Positions 20,216 to 29,697 are shown, counted from the stretch's first letter. The stretch is 64,000 nt of DNA from Methanobacteriota archaeon (GCA_963769885.1 CAVYNH010000004.1:320001-384000); one strand, 5' to 3'. A program made the numbers and translations. The notes: generated from the letters alone by a model not told the origin.

Positions 20216-21163
20216 TCAAGCTTTGTATGCGCTCTGGGGCATCTCCGAGAGCCGAAGGACCCCCTGGAGGTGGTGGTGTCTGCGCAGGATCTTGACCTGG
20301 ATGGTCTCGCCGCTCTTGTGTTTCCAGAGGGTGCTGCGGAGGTCCTCGATGCCGTTGACGTCGTGGTCCTCGGCCTGCAGGATGATGTCGCCGGGCTTCA
20401 GGCCTGCTTTGTCGGCGGGGCTGTCCTGGGTGATCTGGACGATCAGCGCACCTTTGTCGGAGCAGAGACGGTAGTAGGAGGCGAGCGTCGGGGTCATGTC
20501 GATGCCGATGATGCCGAGCCATGGTCGGACGACGCGGCCGTTCTGGATGAGTTCGTTGGCGATGTCGCGGACGGTGTTGGAGGGGATGGCGAAGCCGATG
20601 CCGTTGGCGTAGGGGATGATGGCATTGTTGACGCCGATGATGCGACCGTCGCTGTCGATGAGGGGGCCGCCGCTGTTGCCGGGGTTGATGGCGGCGTCCG
20701 TCTGAATCATGTTCTCCAGGATGCCCTGCTGGGTGGGGATGTTGCGGCGCAGCGCGGAGACGACGCCGACGGTGACCGAGGGTCCGCCGACGAGGCCGAG
20801 GGAGTGGCCGATGGCGATGGCGGTCTGGCCGAGGCGCAGGTTGTCGGAGTCGCCGAACTCGCCGCTGTAGAAGTTCTCGCCGTCAATCTTCAGGACCGCG
20901 ATGTCGGTGCTGGGGTCCGTCGCCACAACGCGGGCGTCGAAGCGGTCGCCGTCGAGGAGGTAGACTTCGGCGGTGCGGGTGTCGGTGACGACGTGGCTGT
21001 TCGTAACCAGATAGCCGTCAGGGTTGAGGATGATGCCGGAGCCGATGCCGGTGGCCTCGAAGGTGGTGAAGAGGTCGTATTTGAGGAGTAGTTTGGTGCT
21101 GATGCTGACGATGCTTGGGCTGACTTTCTCGACGGCGCGGATGATGCGCTCTTCATCGGACAT
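20216..21163 (-). CDS. HtrA/DegP-like serine protease with one PDZ domain, no signal peptide
   Basis: TNSHVV, DIAVLK, TDAAINPGNSGGPL, PDZ; ATG 21163 has a purine-rich RBS. Confidence 0.92.
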   Translation of the reverse strand: MSDEERIIRAVEKVSPSIVSISTKLLLKYDLFTTFEATGIGSGIILNPDGYLVTNSHVVTDTRTAEVYLLDGDRFDARVVATDPSTDIAVLKIDGENFYSGEFGDSDNLRLGQTAIAIGHSLGLVGGPSVTVGVVSALRRNIPTQQGILENMIQTDAAINPGNSGGPLIDSDGRIIGVNNAIIPYANGIGFAIPSNTVRDIANELIQNGRVVRPWLGIIGIDMTPTLASYYRLCSDKGALIVQITQDSPADKAGLKPGDIILQAEDHDVNGIEDLRSTLWKHKSGETIQVKILRRHHHLQGVLRLSEMPQSAYKA

Positions 21164-21209
21164 GGTTCGTGGTCTCCCCCTTAGGGTAGGTATGCTCACT
21201 AATCTTATG

Positions 21210-21223
21210 TTAACAATTGTTAA
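21210..21223. promoter_or_regulatory. Perfect 14-bp palindrome upstream of the HtrA-like gene (candidate operator)
   Basis: TTAACAATTGTTAA in the AT-rich promoter region. Confidence 0.4.
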
Positions 21224-21284
21224 TTAAGGTTGCGGTTCCAGCAAGACAAAAGACACCTTACGCCAGATCCCTCCACCCGAGAGC

Positions 21285-22499
21285 CTAGAAACGGCCCAGC
21301 CGGTCCCGCACGTACCCCGTGAGCGTATGCCGCGCCACGCTCCACCCGACATCCCGGACCCGCACCGACCCCATCAACAACGCAATCCCATGCGCCTTCA
21401 GCACGGGATCCCGCTCGACGATCCGCCACAGCCGCTCCGTCGGCACCCGCCAAAACCGTGACGCCCGATAATACCGCCGGTTATCGTCCCCAAAATCCTC
21501 CATCCACCACCGCTGATACACCGAGAGCGCCGTGGGGGAGGAATCCCTCGTCTTCATCGCCCGGACAATCGCCTTGGCCGCATGCTCCCCCGACGACATC
21601 GCCTCATAGATGCCCTCGCCGGTGAGCGGATTCGCCAGCCCCCCCGCATCCCCACACAACAAAAAGCAACTCCCGTACGTCCGCCGCTGCGGCAGCGTCG
21701 GAAACACCCCGCCCTTCGGCGAAAGAACAGAAACCATCTCTGGGACGAGCCCACGGCTCTTGAGAAGATCGATGAACTGGGAGTACAGCTGTCTGAGGTT
21801 CTTCTTCGGATGCCCACCGAGCGCATGGTAGAACTCGCTGACGCCGACGTTCACATGCTCCGCCTTCGGGAAGACCCAGCCGTAGCCCGCTATCCCCAAG
21901 ACGCCGAAACACACGTGGACGCAGCGCTCCTCCCCGTACACCTGGTCCATCACCGACCGAGGCACCGGGTACTCCTCCATGACGCAGGCGCCGATATGCC
22001 GCCGGCTCAGAGGATAGCCCAGGTCCCGAAGGATTCGGCTGCCCATCCCCGTCGCCACGATGACATAGGGCGCAGGGAGAAACGAGCCGTCCGACAGCGT
22101 CACCTGCGCCCGATGCCCAGAAACGGTCAGTCGCGTCACCGCAACCCCGGTCCTCAGCTCCGCCCCGCTGTCCGCCGCCAGCCCGACGAGCGCAACGTCG
22201 AAGGGCACACGCCGGATCATCGCGAGCATCGGCGCCGAATGCTCCAGGTTGGTCTGGCTTCGCAGCGACGAGGAATACACGCACATCCGCGAGGAGTACG
22301 ACTCCACCAGCCCCTTCTTCCCCACGTACGGAAATCGGCGTAGGACCCGGGCAGGCAGACCGCCGCCACAGGGCTTGTCCCGAGGGAACGAATGCTTATC
22401 AACGAGCAACACGGAGACGCCGTTCTCCGCGAGCACCTTCGCCGCCGTGGACCCCGCAGGGCCCGCCCCGACGACGATCACCTCAGGTTTGGCAACCAC
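21285..22499 (-). CDS. Geranylgeranyl reductase family FAD oxidoreductase
   Basis: VVGAGPAGS, FPRDKPCGG, GYGWVFPK, GDAGGLANPLTGEGI. Confidence 0.9.
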   Translation of the reverse strand: MVAKPEVIVVGAGPAGSTAAKVLAENGVSVLLVDKHSFPRDKPCGGGLPARVLRRFPYVGKKGLVESYSSRMCVYSSSLRSQTNLEHSAPMLAMIRRVPFDVALVGLAADSGAELRTGVAVTRLTVSGHRAQVTLSDGSFLPAPYVIVATGMGSRILRDLGYPLSRRHIGACVMEEYPVPRSVMDQVYGEERCVHVCFGVLGIAGYGWVFPKAEHVNVGVSEFYHALGGHPKKNLRQLYSQFIDLLKSRGLVPEMVSVLSPKGGVFPTLPQRRTYGSCFLLCGDAGGLANPLTGEGIYEAMSSGEHAAKAIVRAMKTRDSSPTALSVYQRWWMEDFGDDNRRYYRASRFWRVPTERLWRIVERDPVLKAHGIALLMGSVRVRDVGWSVARHTLTGYVRDRLGRF

Positions 22500-22555
22500 G
22501 CTTCCCTGCTCCAAGGTAACGAACAGCAAGGAGTTATTTAAAACATTTTGTCCTG

Positions 22556-22974
22556 CATGCCTAGAAGCAGGCACCAGCGGGACCCTCACCCTCACCTGCA
22601 CCAGCGTCGACGTCAAACTCTCCGGCTACGAAGACGCCAGAACCATGATCGGCACCACCGTCACCAGCCAAGTCGACACCACCATGACCGACGCCACCCA
22701 CCTCACCCTCTACGCCCACACCTCCAGCGGCACCTACACTTTCTACCTGGCACTCAACGGCGACGCCATGACCGGCGGCGGTGTCTACAGCGGCGCCGCC
22801 GGAGAACCCAACACCTGGACCTTCCAATTGACCCGCGGCGGCCTCTTCGGCTCCTTCAGCCTTGACAGCCTTACTCCCCTCATGGCCCCCGCCGCCGCCA
22901 TCGGCGCCATCGGCGGACTTGCCGGCCTCGCCACCTCAATATCCTCCCTCCTCTCCGCGATCAGAGGATATTAG
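22556..22974 (+). pseudogene. Gene fragment of a Thr/Gly-rich surface or membrane protein abutting the island
   Basis: Open frame with host-like C-rich codons and a hydrophobic segment, no clear start, ends where GC drops; 5' boundary approximate. Confidence 0.4.
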
Positions 22975-23037
22975 AGAGAACAACAAGCCCAGCAAAGCCA
23001 ACAGTTTTCTTCTTTCTTAAAACACGATTTGAGGTGA

Positions 23038-23053
23038 CGCCGGGAGGGAGATT
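23038..23053 (-). repeat. Distal att-like copy of the tRNA-Ser 3' end
   Basis: CGCCGGGAGGGAGATT matches 40389-40404 at 15/16; TTTACTGATAAA begins 10 nt after it. Confidence 0.75.
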
Positions 23054-23243
23054 TCGATTTAGATTTACTGATAAACAATCAGTTTCTTACCATAATATCT
23101 AAGAAATTTCATCACAAATTAATTATCTTAGAGATTCAAAAGACTCGAGCGCAATAAAAAAAATGCGTAAAATATTTCATAATTTGTAAACCCAAAGGAT
23201 TTATTAATGCCATTTTAGGTTATTGAAAACAGATAGAGGAATT

Positions 23244-23657
23244 ATGAGATTAGCCGTAGTAGACACAGAACGATGTATTGATTGCCAGAGTTGTATGTTT
23301 GCTTGTGCCCGGCGACAGAATGAAGCAGGATTATCCAGCTCCTGCATAGGAGTGAAATCGATCGGTGGCATGGAACGAGGGTTTATAGTGTTGGTTTGTA
23401 GAGCATGTGATGATCCTCCTTGTTCAAAAGTATGCCCAACTGATGCTCTCAAACCCAAGAAAGGAGGGGGCGTACTTCTCGATGCTGCAAAATGTATAGG
23501 GTGTGGTCACTGCCGTGATTCTTGCATTATCGGGGCAATTTTCTGGAATGATGAAATCAATAAACCAATGATTTGCATTCACTGTGGATATTGCACTCAA
23601 TTCTGTCCTCATGGGGTATTAAAATTAGAAAAGAAGGAGAGAATAATACATGCTTGA
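23244..23657 (+). CDS. 4Fe-4S dicluster electron-transfer protein (DmsB-like), AOR partner
   Basis: CIDCQSCMFAC, CRACDDPPCSKVCP, CIGCGHCRDSC, CIHCGYCTQFCP. Confidence 0.9.
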   Translation: MRLAVVDTERCIDCQSCMFACARRQNEAGLSSSCIGVKSIGGMERGFIVLVCRACDDPPCSKVCPTDALKPKKGGGVLLDAAKCIGCGHCRDSCIIGAIFWNDEINKPMICIHCGYCTQFCPHGVLKLEKKERIIHA

Positions 23658-25410
23658 GAATGATACGCTCTCCCGTGTACTGTATATCGATCTTTCAAAG
23701 AACGAGTTTTGGATTGAAAAAAAACCAGAGCTTTTCGAGAAGCATCTGGGCGGAACAGGTGTTGCAATCCAGCTGCTTCATGAAAACTGTCCCAAAGGAT
23801 GCAATGCGTTTGCACCAGAGAATCCAATTATATTCGCCGTAGGACCCTTAACCGGATTATTTCCTCTTGCTTCAAAAACCGTAGCCATGTTTAAATCACC
23901 TCATACTGGCAATCTGGGTGAGAGTCATTGTGGTGGACGAAGCGCTATTGCCATCCGTATGGCGGGATATGGAGCTATCGTGATCAAAGGATCAAGTGCT
24001 ACCCCATTATATCTATCCATCAAGGACAAAAAAGTGTTTTTCCGTGATGCCTCTACTTTATGGGGGATGGAAAATTGTTTCACCGTAGGACGTATCATTA
24101 GGGAAAATGAGCCTGGCTCGGGTTTAAGAACAATTATGCGTATTGGAGGAGCAGGAGAGAAACTTGTTTCATACGCATGTGTTACAACAGAAACATACCG
24201 TCATTTCGGTAGACTTGGTTTAGGAGCTGTTTTTGGAAGTAAGAAACTCAAAGCGGTAGTAATCGCTGGTAAACGCTCGCTCCCTGTACGTGACATGGAT
24301 CAATATCGGAAGCTGTATGATGATATTTATCAATCAGCTGTCACCTCGTCGGTAATGAAGAAATATCATGATCTTGGAACAGCTGAGAATGTTCTACCTT
24401 TAAATGAGCTCGGTGGGTTTCCTACAAGAAATCTTGAGACAGCAAAATTCGAAGGTGCTTCTAAACTATCAGGTGAGGTATTTGCTGAGCAGTATTTGGG
24501 GAGACGGCTTGCGTGTTCTCATTGTCCTGTAGGATGCATTCATATTGCCGCACTTAGGGAGTCATATGGAGATGAACCGTATTTCTATAAGACGTCTATG
24601 ATCTCGTATGATTATGAGCCTATCTATGCTCTCGGTTCCATGTTGGGAATATCCGATGCTGAAGGTTTCTTAAAATTGATGGAGCAGGTAGAAATACGAG
24701 GTTTAGATGCAATGAGTACTGGTGTTGTTTTAGCTTGGGCTACCGAGGCTCAAAAACGAGGTATTATATCTGAGAAGGAAACAATGGGTATCAATCTTCG
24801 ATGGGGTAATTATAATGCTTACATGGAGGCGGTACGATGCATTATTGAGCAACCAAATGAGTTTTACAAAGCGCTTGCACATGGAGTTAAACAGGCTGCT
24901 TCGCAGTATGGTGGGGCTGATTTTGCTTTAAGTCTTGGCGGTAATGAAATGCCAGGTTATCACACTGGACCTGGAGCGCATCTGGGGGTCTTGATTGGTT
25001 CAAGACATAGTCACTTAGATAACGCAGGTTATAGTATTGATCAAAAAATTCTGTTAACAAAACGGATTAGCTCTGAGGAACTTGCAAAAGTGTTATTAGA
25101 CGAGGAACGTTGGCGTCAGATTTTGTCAAGCCTTGTAATTTGTTTCTTCGCAAGAGGCATATTTACACCGGATATTGTCTCAAAAGCGTTGCAGGTGGTA
25201 GGTTTTGATTTTCAACCCGAAGATCTTCATAAAATCGGAGAAGAGATTCATAGAGAAAAATATAAGTTTAAGATCCGAGAAGGTTTCTCATTGGACACAC
25301 TTCATGCGCCTAAACGAATTTTTGAAACCCCTTCGCCAGTCAGTAATTTCGATGAGAAGTTCATCCTCGATGCTATAGCCTATGTCAAGAGAGAACTTTT
25401 ATTAGAATAG
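23650..25410 (+). CDS. Aldehyde:ferredoxin oxidoreductase family protein (W/Mo-pterin)
   Basis: KSPHTGNLGESHCGG, GRLGLGAVFGSKKLKA, CSHCPVGC, DYEP, GLDAMSTG. Confidence 0.93.
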   Translation: MLENDTLSRVLYIDLSKNEFWIEKKPELFEKHLGGTGVAIQLLHENCPKGCNAFAPENPIIFAVGPLTGLFPLASKTVAMFKSPHTGNLGESHCGGRSAIAIRMAGYGAIVIKGSSATPLYLSIKDKKVFFRDASTLWGMENCFTVGRIIRENEPGSGLRTIMRIGGAGEKLVSYACVTTETYRHFGRLGLGAVFGSKKLKAVVIAGKRSLPVRDMDQYRKLYDDIYQSAVTSSVMKKYHDLGTAENVLPLNELGGFPTRNLETAKFEGASKLSGEVFAEQYLGRRLACSHCPVGCIHIAALRESYGDEPYFYKTSMISYDYEPIYALGSMLGISDAEGFLKLMEQVEIRGLDAMSTGVVLAWATEAQKRGIISEKETMGINLRWGNYNAYMEAVRCIIEQPNEFYKALAHGVKQAASQYGGADFALSLGGNEMPGYHTGPGAHLGVLIGSRHSHLDNAGYSIDQKILLTKRISSEELAKVLLDEERWRQILSSLVICFFARGIFTPDIVSKALQVVGFDFQPEDLHKIGEEIHREKYKFKIREGFSLDTLHAPKRIFETPSPVSNFDEKFILDAIAYVKRELLLE

Positions 25411-25628
25411 ATAAGAAGTAACACTGGGCTTACAACAAAAAAATAATGCTTTTTCCTCCGTATTTATATTTTGATTAAAAAAATCTATAAAATAGTTCAG
25501 AGGAACGAGATGTGAACGTCAATTTACTGGTTTGCTCCTTAATTCATTGACACCCATCGTATAATGAATGGTTATGTCATCGGCCTGAAAAACTGTATTA
25601 CATCGATTACAGACATATTTCATGTATT

Positions 25629-25787
25629 TCAACTAATTATTCCGCTTAATTTATTATTTTTTATGTAAAAACTAGTCATGTAAACTATTTGTCTGCTATA
25701 TGGCCGTTGTTCTTTCTTCGCGAGTTTTTTAATGAGCACATTTTCTTCCTTTGTTAAAGATATATTCATTCGCATTCTTTTTTCCAT
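25629..25787 (-). CDS. Small ribbon-helix-helix-like DNA-binding protein
   Basis: MEKRMRMNISLTKEENVLIKKLAKKEQRPYSRQI: beta strand then two helices, CopG-like pattern. Confidence 0.6.
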   Translation of the reverse strand: MEKRMRMNISLTKEENVLIKKLAKKEQRPYSRQIVYMTSFYIKNNKLSGIIS

Positions 25788-25869
25788 GTTTACACAAACA
25801 TGTAATAACCTTACATACTTATATGCCTTTCTACACAAAGGTATATACTACCTACGACATACTACTATC

Positions 25870-26078
25870 ATCCGATAAACTTCGGAAAGGACCGCTGAAG
25901 TCAATGAAGATCAACGAACAAGTAAAACAACCATTGGAAACGCAAACGACTTCAAACTTTGCAATCAGGTCCTTATTTCCAGAGCCGGATACTTAACGCT
26001 TACTCTGAAAATGAAAACTAAGAAAATGAGATAAACGAAATATCAAGGGCGATCATATCGTCCAAGTCTCTTTTTTTA
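25870..26078 (+). ncRNA. Candidate structured ncRNA or leader upstream of the GH57 gene
   Basis: BRE/TATA-like AAAGGTATATA at about 25838-25848, nested stems AAGGACC/GGTCCTT, TGAAGTC/GACTTCA, CAATG/CATTG, then a hairpin and T-run. Confidence 0.35.
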
Positions 26079-26182
26079 GTAGGAAAAATAAGGAAAAAAT
26101 TTGTATATGCTTTGAGCGGAAATTTAGTAAGAGATAATGACCCCAAAGGTCAAGGAATCGAAGGTTATAAGGAGGGTATATA

Positions 26183-27370
26183 ATGCCATCAGTCTGTCTC
26201 TATTTCGAAGTTCATCAGCCAATGAGATTAAATCGTTTTACGGTATTCAATATAGGTGCAAACCATAATCGACCTTCCGAGTATTTTAATAGTAAACTTA
26301 ACCAAGAAATCTTTGAAAAAGTTGCAAAAAAATGTTATCTTCCAACAAATAAAATATTGCTTGAATTAATTAATAAATATGATGGCAAATTTCGGGTTTC
26401 ATTTAGTTTAACCGGTACATTCATTGAATATTGTGAACGTTATATGCCTTCGGTTCTTGATAGTTTTAAGGCTCTGTTTGCCACAGGTGCTGTTGACCTC
26501 ATCGAGGAGACATATTTTCATTCACTTTCAAGCTTGTATGACGATCTGGATGAGTTCGAAAAGCAAGTACATATGCATCGGCAGATGATAAAAAGAATAT
26601 TTAACTATGAGCCAAAGATTTTCAGAAACACGGAAACAATCTATGATAACCGTATAGCAAGAAAAATAGCCGAGTTGGGATACAAAGGAATTATCACTGA
26701 AGGAGCAGATAAGATTTTAGGATGGCGTTCACCAAACTTTGTCTACAAACCAGTGAACGCAAATATCAAAGTACTCATGAGAAACTACAAACTCAGCGAC
26801 GATGTCGGGTTCCGGTTTTCTTCACGAAACTGGCCAGAATTCCCGCTGATGGCAGATAAATACGCGAACTGGATGTCCAACTCCTTTGGTGATGTCATTA
26901 ACCTGTTCATGGATTACGAAACCTTCGGGGAACACCAATGGACGGAAACCGGGATCTTTGAATTCCTCAAGCATCTCCCCGGGGAAGTCTTTAAACATGA
27001 TAACCTTGATTTTGCTACCGTCAGCGAAGTGGTTGAGCGATATAAACCTGTTGGAGAAATAGATGTCCCCTGGGCAATTTCATGGGCAGATGAAGATCGG
27101 AACGTCTCAACATGGCTTGGAAATGATATGCAAATAGCATGTTTTAACGAATTAAAAAACATCGGTAGAAAACTGAAAGAAAAGGGTAATGAGGTGCTAC
27201 TCAAAACCTGGCGTCGTCTCCAAACATCAGATCATTTGTACTACTGTTCAACAAAAGGTTTTGCTGACGGAGCTGTCCATGCCTATTTTAGCCCATATGA
27301 TGATCCCTACGAAGGATTTATGAACTACATGAATATATTACAAGATTTAAAACAAAGAGTAACTATGTAA
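26183..27370 (+). CDS. Glycoside hydrolase family 57 (alpha-amylase type)
   Basis: YFEVHQP, ETYFHSL, FRNTET, FMDYETFGEHQW, LQTSDH. Confidence 0.93.
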   Translation: MPSVCLYFEVHQPMRLNRFTVFNIGANHNRPSEYFNSKLNQEIFEKVAKKCYLPTNKILLELINKYDGKFRVSFSLTGTFIEYCERYMPSVLDSFKALFATGAVDLIEETYFHSLSSLYDDLDEFEKQVHMHRQMIKRIFNYEPKIFRNTETIYDNRIARKIAELGYKGIITEGADKILGWRSPNFVYKPVNANIKVLMRNYKLSDDVGFRFSSRNWPEFPLMADKYANWMSNSFGDVINLFMDYETFGEHQWTETGIFEFLKHLPGEVFKHDNLDFATVSEVVERYKPVGEIDVPWAISWADEDRNVSTWLGNDMQIACFNELKNIGRKLKEKGNEVLLKTWRRLQTSDHLYYCSTKGFADGAVHAYFSPYDDPYEGFMNYMNILQDLKQRVTM

Positions 27371-27406
27371 AGGTTGGTGATTGAAGATCAGAGGAGGTAA
27401 CGCATA

Positions 27407-27499
27407 ATGCCTAAATGTGAGCGATGTGGTAAATCCTTTAAAACTAAAAAGGCGCTACACATACACTATACAAAAGCACACAATAAAGGATATGCATGA
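27407..27499 (+). CDS. 30-aa single C2H2 zinc-finger microprotein
   Basis: MPKCERCGKSFKTKKALHIHYTKAHNKGYA fits C-x2-C-x3-F-x5-L-x2-H-x4-H; GAGGAGGT RBS. Confidence 0.8.
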   Translation: MPKCERCGKSFKTKKALHIHYTKAHNKGYA

Positions 27500-27616
27500 A
27501 TGCCTAAATGTGATCTTTGTCATAAATATTTTAAGACAAAGGCACAGATGAAACAACATAGAATAAAAGAACACACTAAGAAAATTTCTGGTACTCAATT
27601 TAGGATCCCCAAATAG
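27500..27616 (+). CDS. 38-aa single C2H2 zinc-finger microprotein
   Basis: MPKCDLCHKYFKTKAQMKQHRIKEHTKKISGTQFRIPK; ATG directly follows the previous stop. Confidence 0.8.
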   Translation: MPKCDLCHKYFKTKAQMKQHRIKEHTKKISGTQFRIPK

Positions 27617-27731
27617 AATTTTTATCTATGTGCTGTCAATCATTAGCACAAAACGGGGGGATTCTCAGAAAGGAATGTTTTTTAAAGAATAAGTTGTTAT
27701 TTTCTTGTAATTTGGAGGAGGCATAAAGAAT

Positions 27732-27971
27732 ATGAAAACAAGAAGTAAAACGATATACAAAGGAGAATTACTTAATCTGTATGATATATCCCCCAATACT
27801 GAAGACTTATTTGATGGTGTAATAGTAGAATATATAATCATCCGAGCCGGTAAAGAGAGTCACCAAATATTCATAGATAGAGCAACATTCAATAACATAA
27901 TAAAAGAACTCCCCAATGCAATAGCGAATTACAAACAATACAAAAATAAATACCCGAAAAGGAAGGCATAG
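27732..27971 (+). CDS. Hypothetical protein
   Basis: GGAGGAGG RBS, 79-aa ORF ending in TAG. Confidence 0.65.
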   Translation: MKTRSKTIYKGELLNLYDISPNTEDLFDGVIVEYIIIRAGKESHQIFIDRATFNNIIKELPNAIANYKQYKNKYPKRKA

Positions 27972-28183
27972 AGAATTATTGAATGTGCTATTCATGGAAC
28001 TGAATATGATGCAGTAAATAGTAGGGGCGTGTGTAACGATTGTAATAGTTTCCTAATAACCAATTTATATCATAATCTACTTTAAATATCAACGAGTGTT
28101 TTGAAGATATAATTTGCAAGAGGGAAGGGTATGTTTTTAAAGAAAAAGATGCCTTGAAATATTGTAGATTTGAGGGGAGACAA

Positions 28184-28387
28184 ATGAAAGAGAAAAAATA
28201 TCCCACAACCGAAAGAAGCAGAAAGCGACTAGGAAGACTAAAAACCGAAGAAAAAATATACGAAGAAACGCAGAAAGAAGAAAAGAAAAGAACACAAAAA
28301 GATATTATCCTGGACGAAGAAGAAGACGAAGAAAAAGAAGAGGAAGAAGACGATGAATATGCGAATTGTTCAAAAAAAGAAACGTAG
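28184..28387 (+). CDS. Small disordered protein with basic N-half and acidic C-half
   Basis: GAGGGG RBS; RSRKRLGR...DEEEDEEKEEEEDDE. Confidence 0.55.
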   Translation: MKEKKYPTTERSRKRLGRLKTEEKIYEETQKEEKKRTQKDIILDEEEDEEKEEEEDDEYANCSKKET

Positions 28388-28567
28388 AAGATAAAACTAT
28401 ATAGCCGCCCAGAAAAAGCAGTTATGAAATTGTAGGTTTTAGTGGGGGGAATGTGGTAAAAAGAAGATTCCTGAAAAGGATATGATGTGCTTAAGAGGAA
28501 CACAGACCATTCAAAATTATAAAAATACTCGCACAAAATTTTATGATCAAGAATAAAAAGAAATATC

Positions 28568-28880
28568 AAAAAAATATTATTTTTTATCTTTCTTGCCGCT
28601 ATCTATTATTTTTCTAGCTCTATCAACACCGTGTTCGTAGTCGTCTTTTCTAAGTTTAATTCTTCTCGTTTTTCTTTTATTATAATCTGGATGTTTTTTA
28701 ATGTGAGGCATATATTTTAGAACATTTGCTGATTTAAAAAGATATCTGGTGACTGGAAAAATGTTGAATCAATCCAATAATTTTTCTATGCTCATGACCG
28801 TTAGTGCAGAGGACAAGAAATTGACACGATTTTAAAAGTAAAAAAATTGTGTTTTTCTTCTATTAATTAACCGTGCTAAT
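28568..28880. repeat. Module terminal repeat, copy 1
   Basis: Colinear with 37533-37804 plus 38509-38547; last about 45 bp also match 40335-40382. Confidence 0.9.
28577..28711 (-). CDS. 44-aa basic microprotein (MPHIKKHPDY family), copy 1
   Basis: MPHIKKHPDYNKRKTRRIKLRKDDYEHGVDRARKIIDSGKKDKK; conserved with copy 2; TTTAAA box about 22 nt upstream. Confidence 0.7.
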   Translation of the reverse strand: MPHIKKHPDYNKRKTRRIKLRKDDYEHGVDRARKIIDSGKKDKK

Positions 28881-29074
28881 AAAAACAGGTTAAAATTATA
28901 CTAAAACCTTCAAACAGAAATCTTTATTTTACATTATCGGAGAAACATTAGCATGGTTAAACCCATGTTTTTGTGCAAATGATTATCAAGCAAATAAACG
29001 GGTTACCCAAAGGATTTTTTCATATATTTACCATCATCGCACTGTATGCGTTCCCGTAATATTATGAATATTTT

Positions 29075-29425
29075 TTACGAATTTTTCTCAGCAATGTCAC
29101 CAACAACAGGCAATTTCCATTTCTGCCCCTGGAACGCTTTAATCATCAGAATAACCCACAAGATTATCACAAGGACCCAGAACAGCCAGCTGATCCACCA
29201 CAGGAAATACCAACCAGGGCCGTAATTGAATAACCCGAAAAACCCACCGAAAATCCACCCGAGGATGGATAGTGGCAGAAACACCAAAATAGACTGCATC
29301 GCATGAAAACGAATCGTCTTATTTTTATCATCGATAAAATAGAAGATTATGCCGGTGATCCAAATCCCAAGGTAACAGAGCGCTGCCTCAACATTTTCCT
29401 CAAGTCCTAACGATGTTTTTACCAT
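29075..29425 (-). CDS. DUF4870-like membrane protein
   Basis: GLEENVEAALCY...IRFHAMQS...KLPVVG. Confidence 0.85.
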   Translation of the reverse strand: MVKTSLGLEENVEAALCYLGIWITGIIFYFIDDKNKTIRFHAMQSILVFLPLSILGWIFGGFFGLFNYGPGWYFLWWISWLFWVLVIILWVILMIKAFQGQKWKLPVVGDIAEKNS

Positions 29426-29505
29426 ATTTTTTCCTTCTGTCCATTCACACTCATCTTTTATTTAATGATTTTCATTCATCGCATGTATCGTTTTTTAAAA
29501 CGCTA

Positions 29506-29697
29506 TCATAATCCGATACTGTGAAAGATACCCACGAGAAAATCGAGTCCGATGAGAGCGATAATTACTATTGCGATGAAGATGAGAACCCATATAGCAA
29601 ATTTTATTACTCCCCATAGCAGAAACACGATCACAAGAATTCCAAGAAGTACCGCCCAAAACGGAATTGTATAACCAAATACATCCATCTCTTTCAC
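29506..29697 (-). CDS. Small two-TM membrane protein
   Basis: 63-aa hydrophobic ORF, GGAG RBS. Confidence 0.6.
   Translation of the reverse strand: MKEMDVFGYTIPFWAVLLGILVIVFLLWGVIKFAIWVLIFIAIVIIALIGLDFLVGIFHSIGL

Noticed and set aside
25942-25975. GCAAACGAC (AND...) resembling a tmRNA resume codon and tag
   Set aside because: No tRNA-Ala-like ends, the frame does not end in an ALAA-type tag, and tmRNA is not expected in archaea
27988-28569. 193-aa minus-strand ORF with poly-Ser
   Set aside because: Antisense shadow of the acidic plus-strand ORF, which has the better RBS
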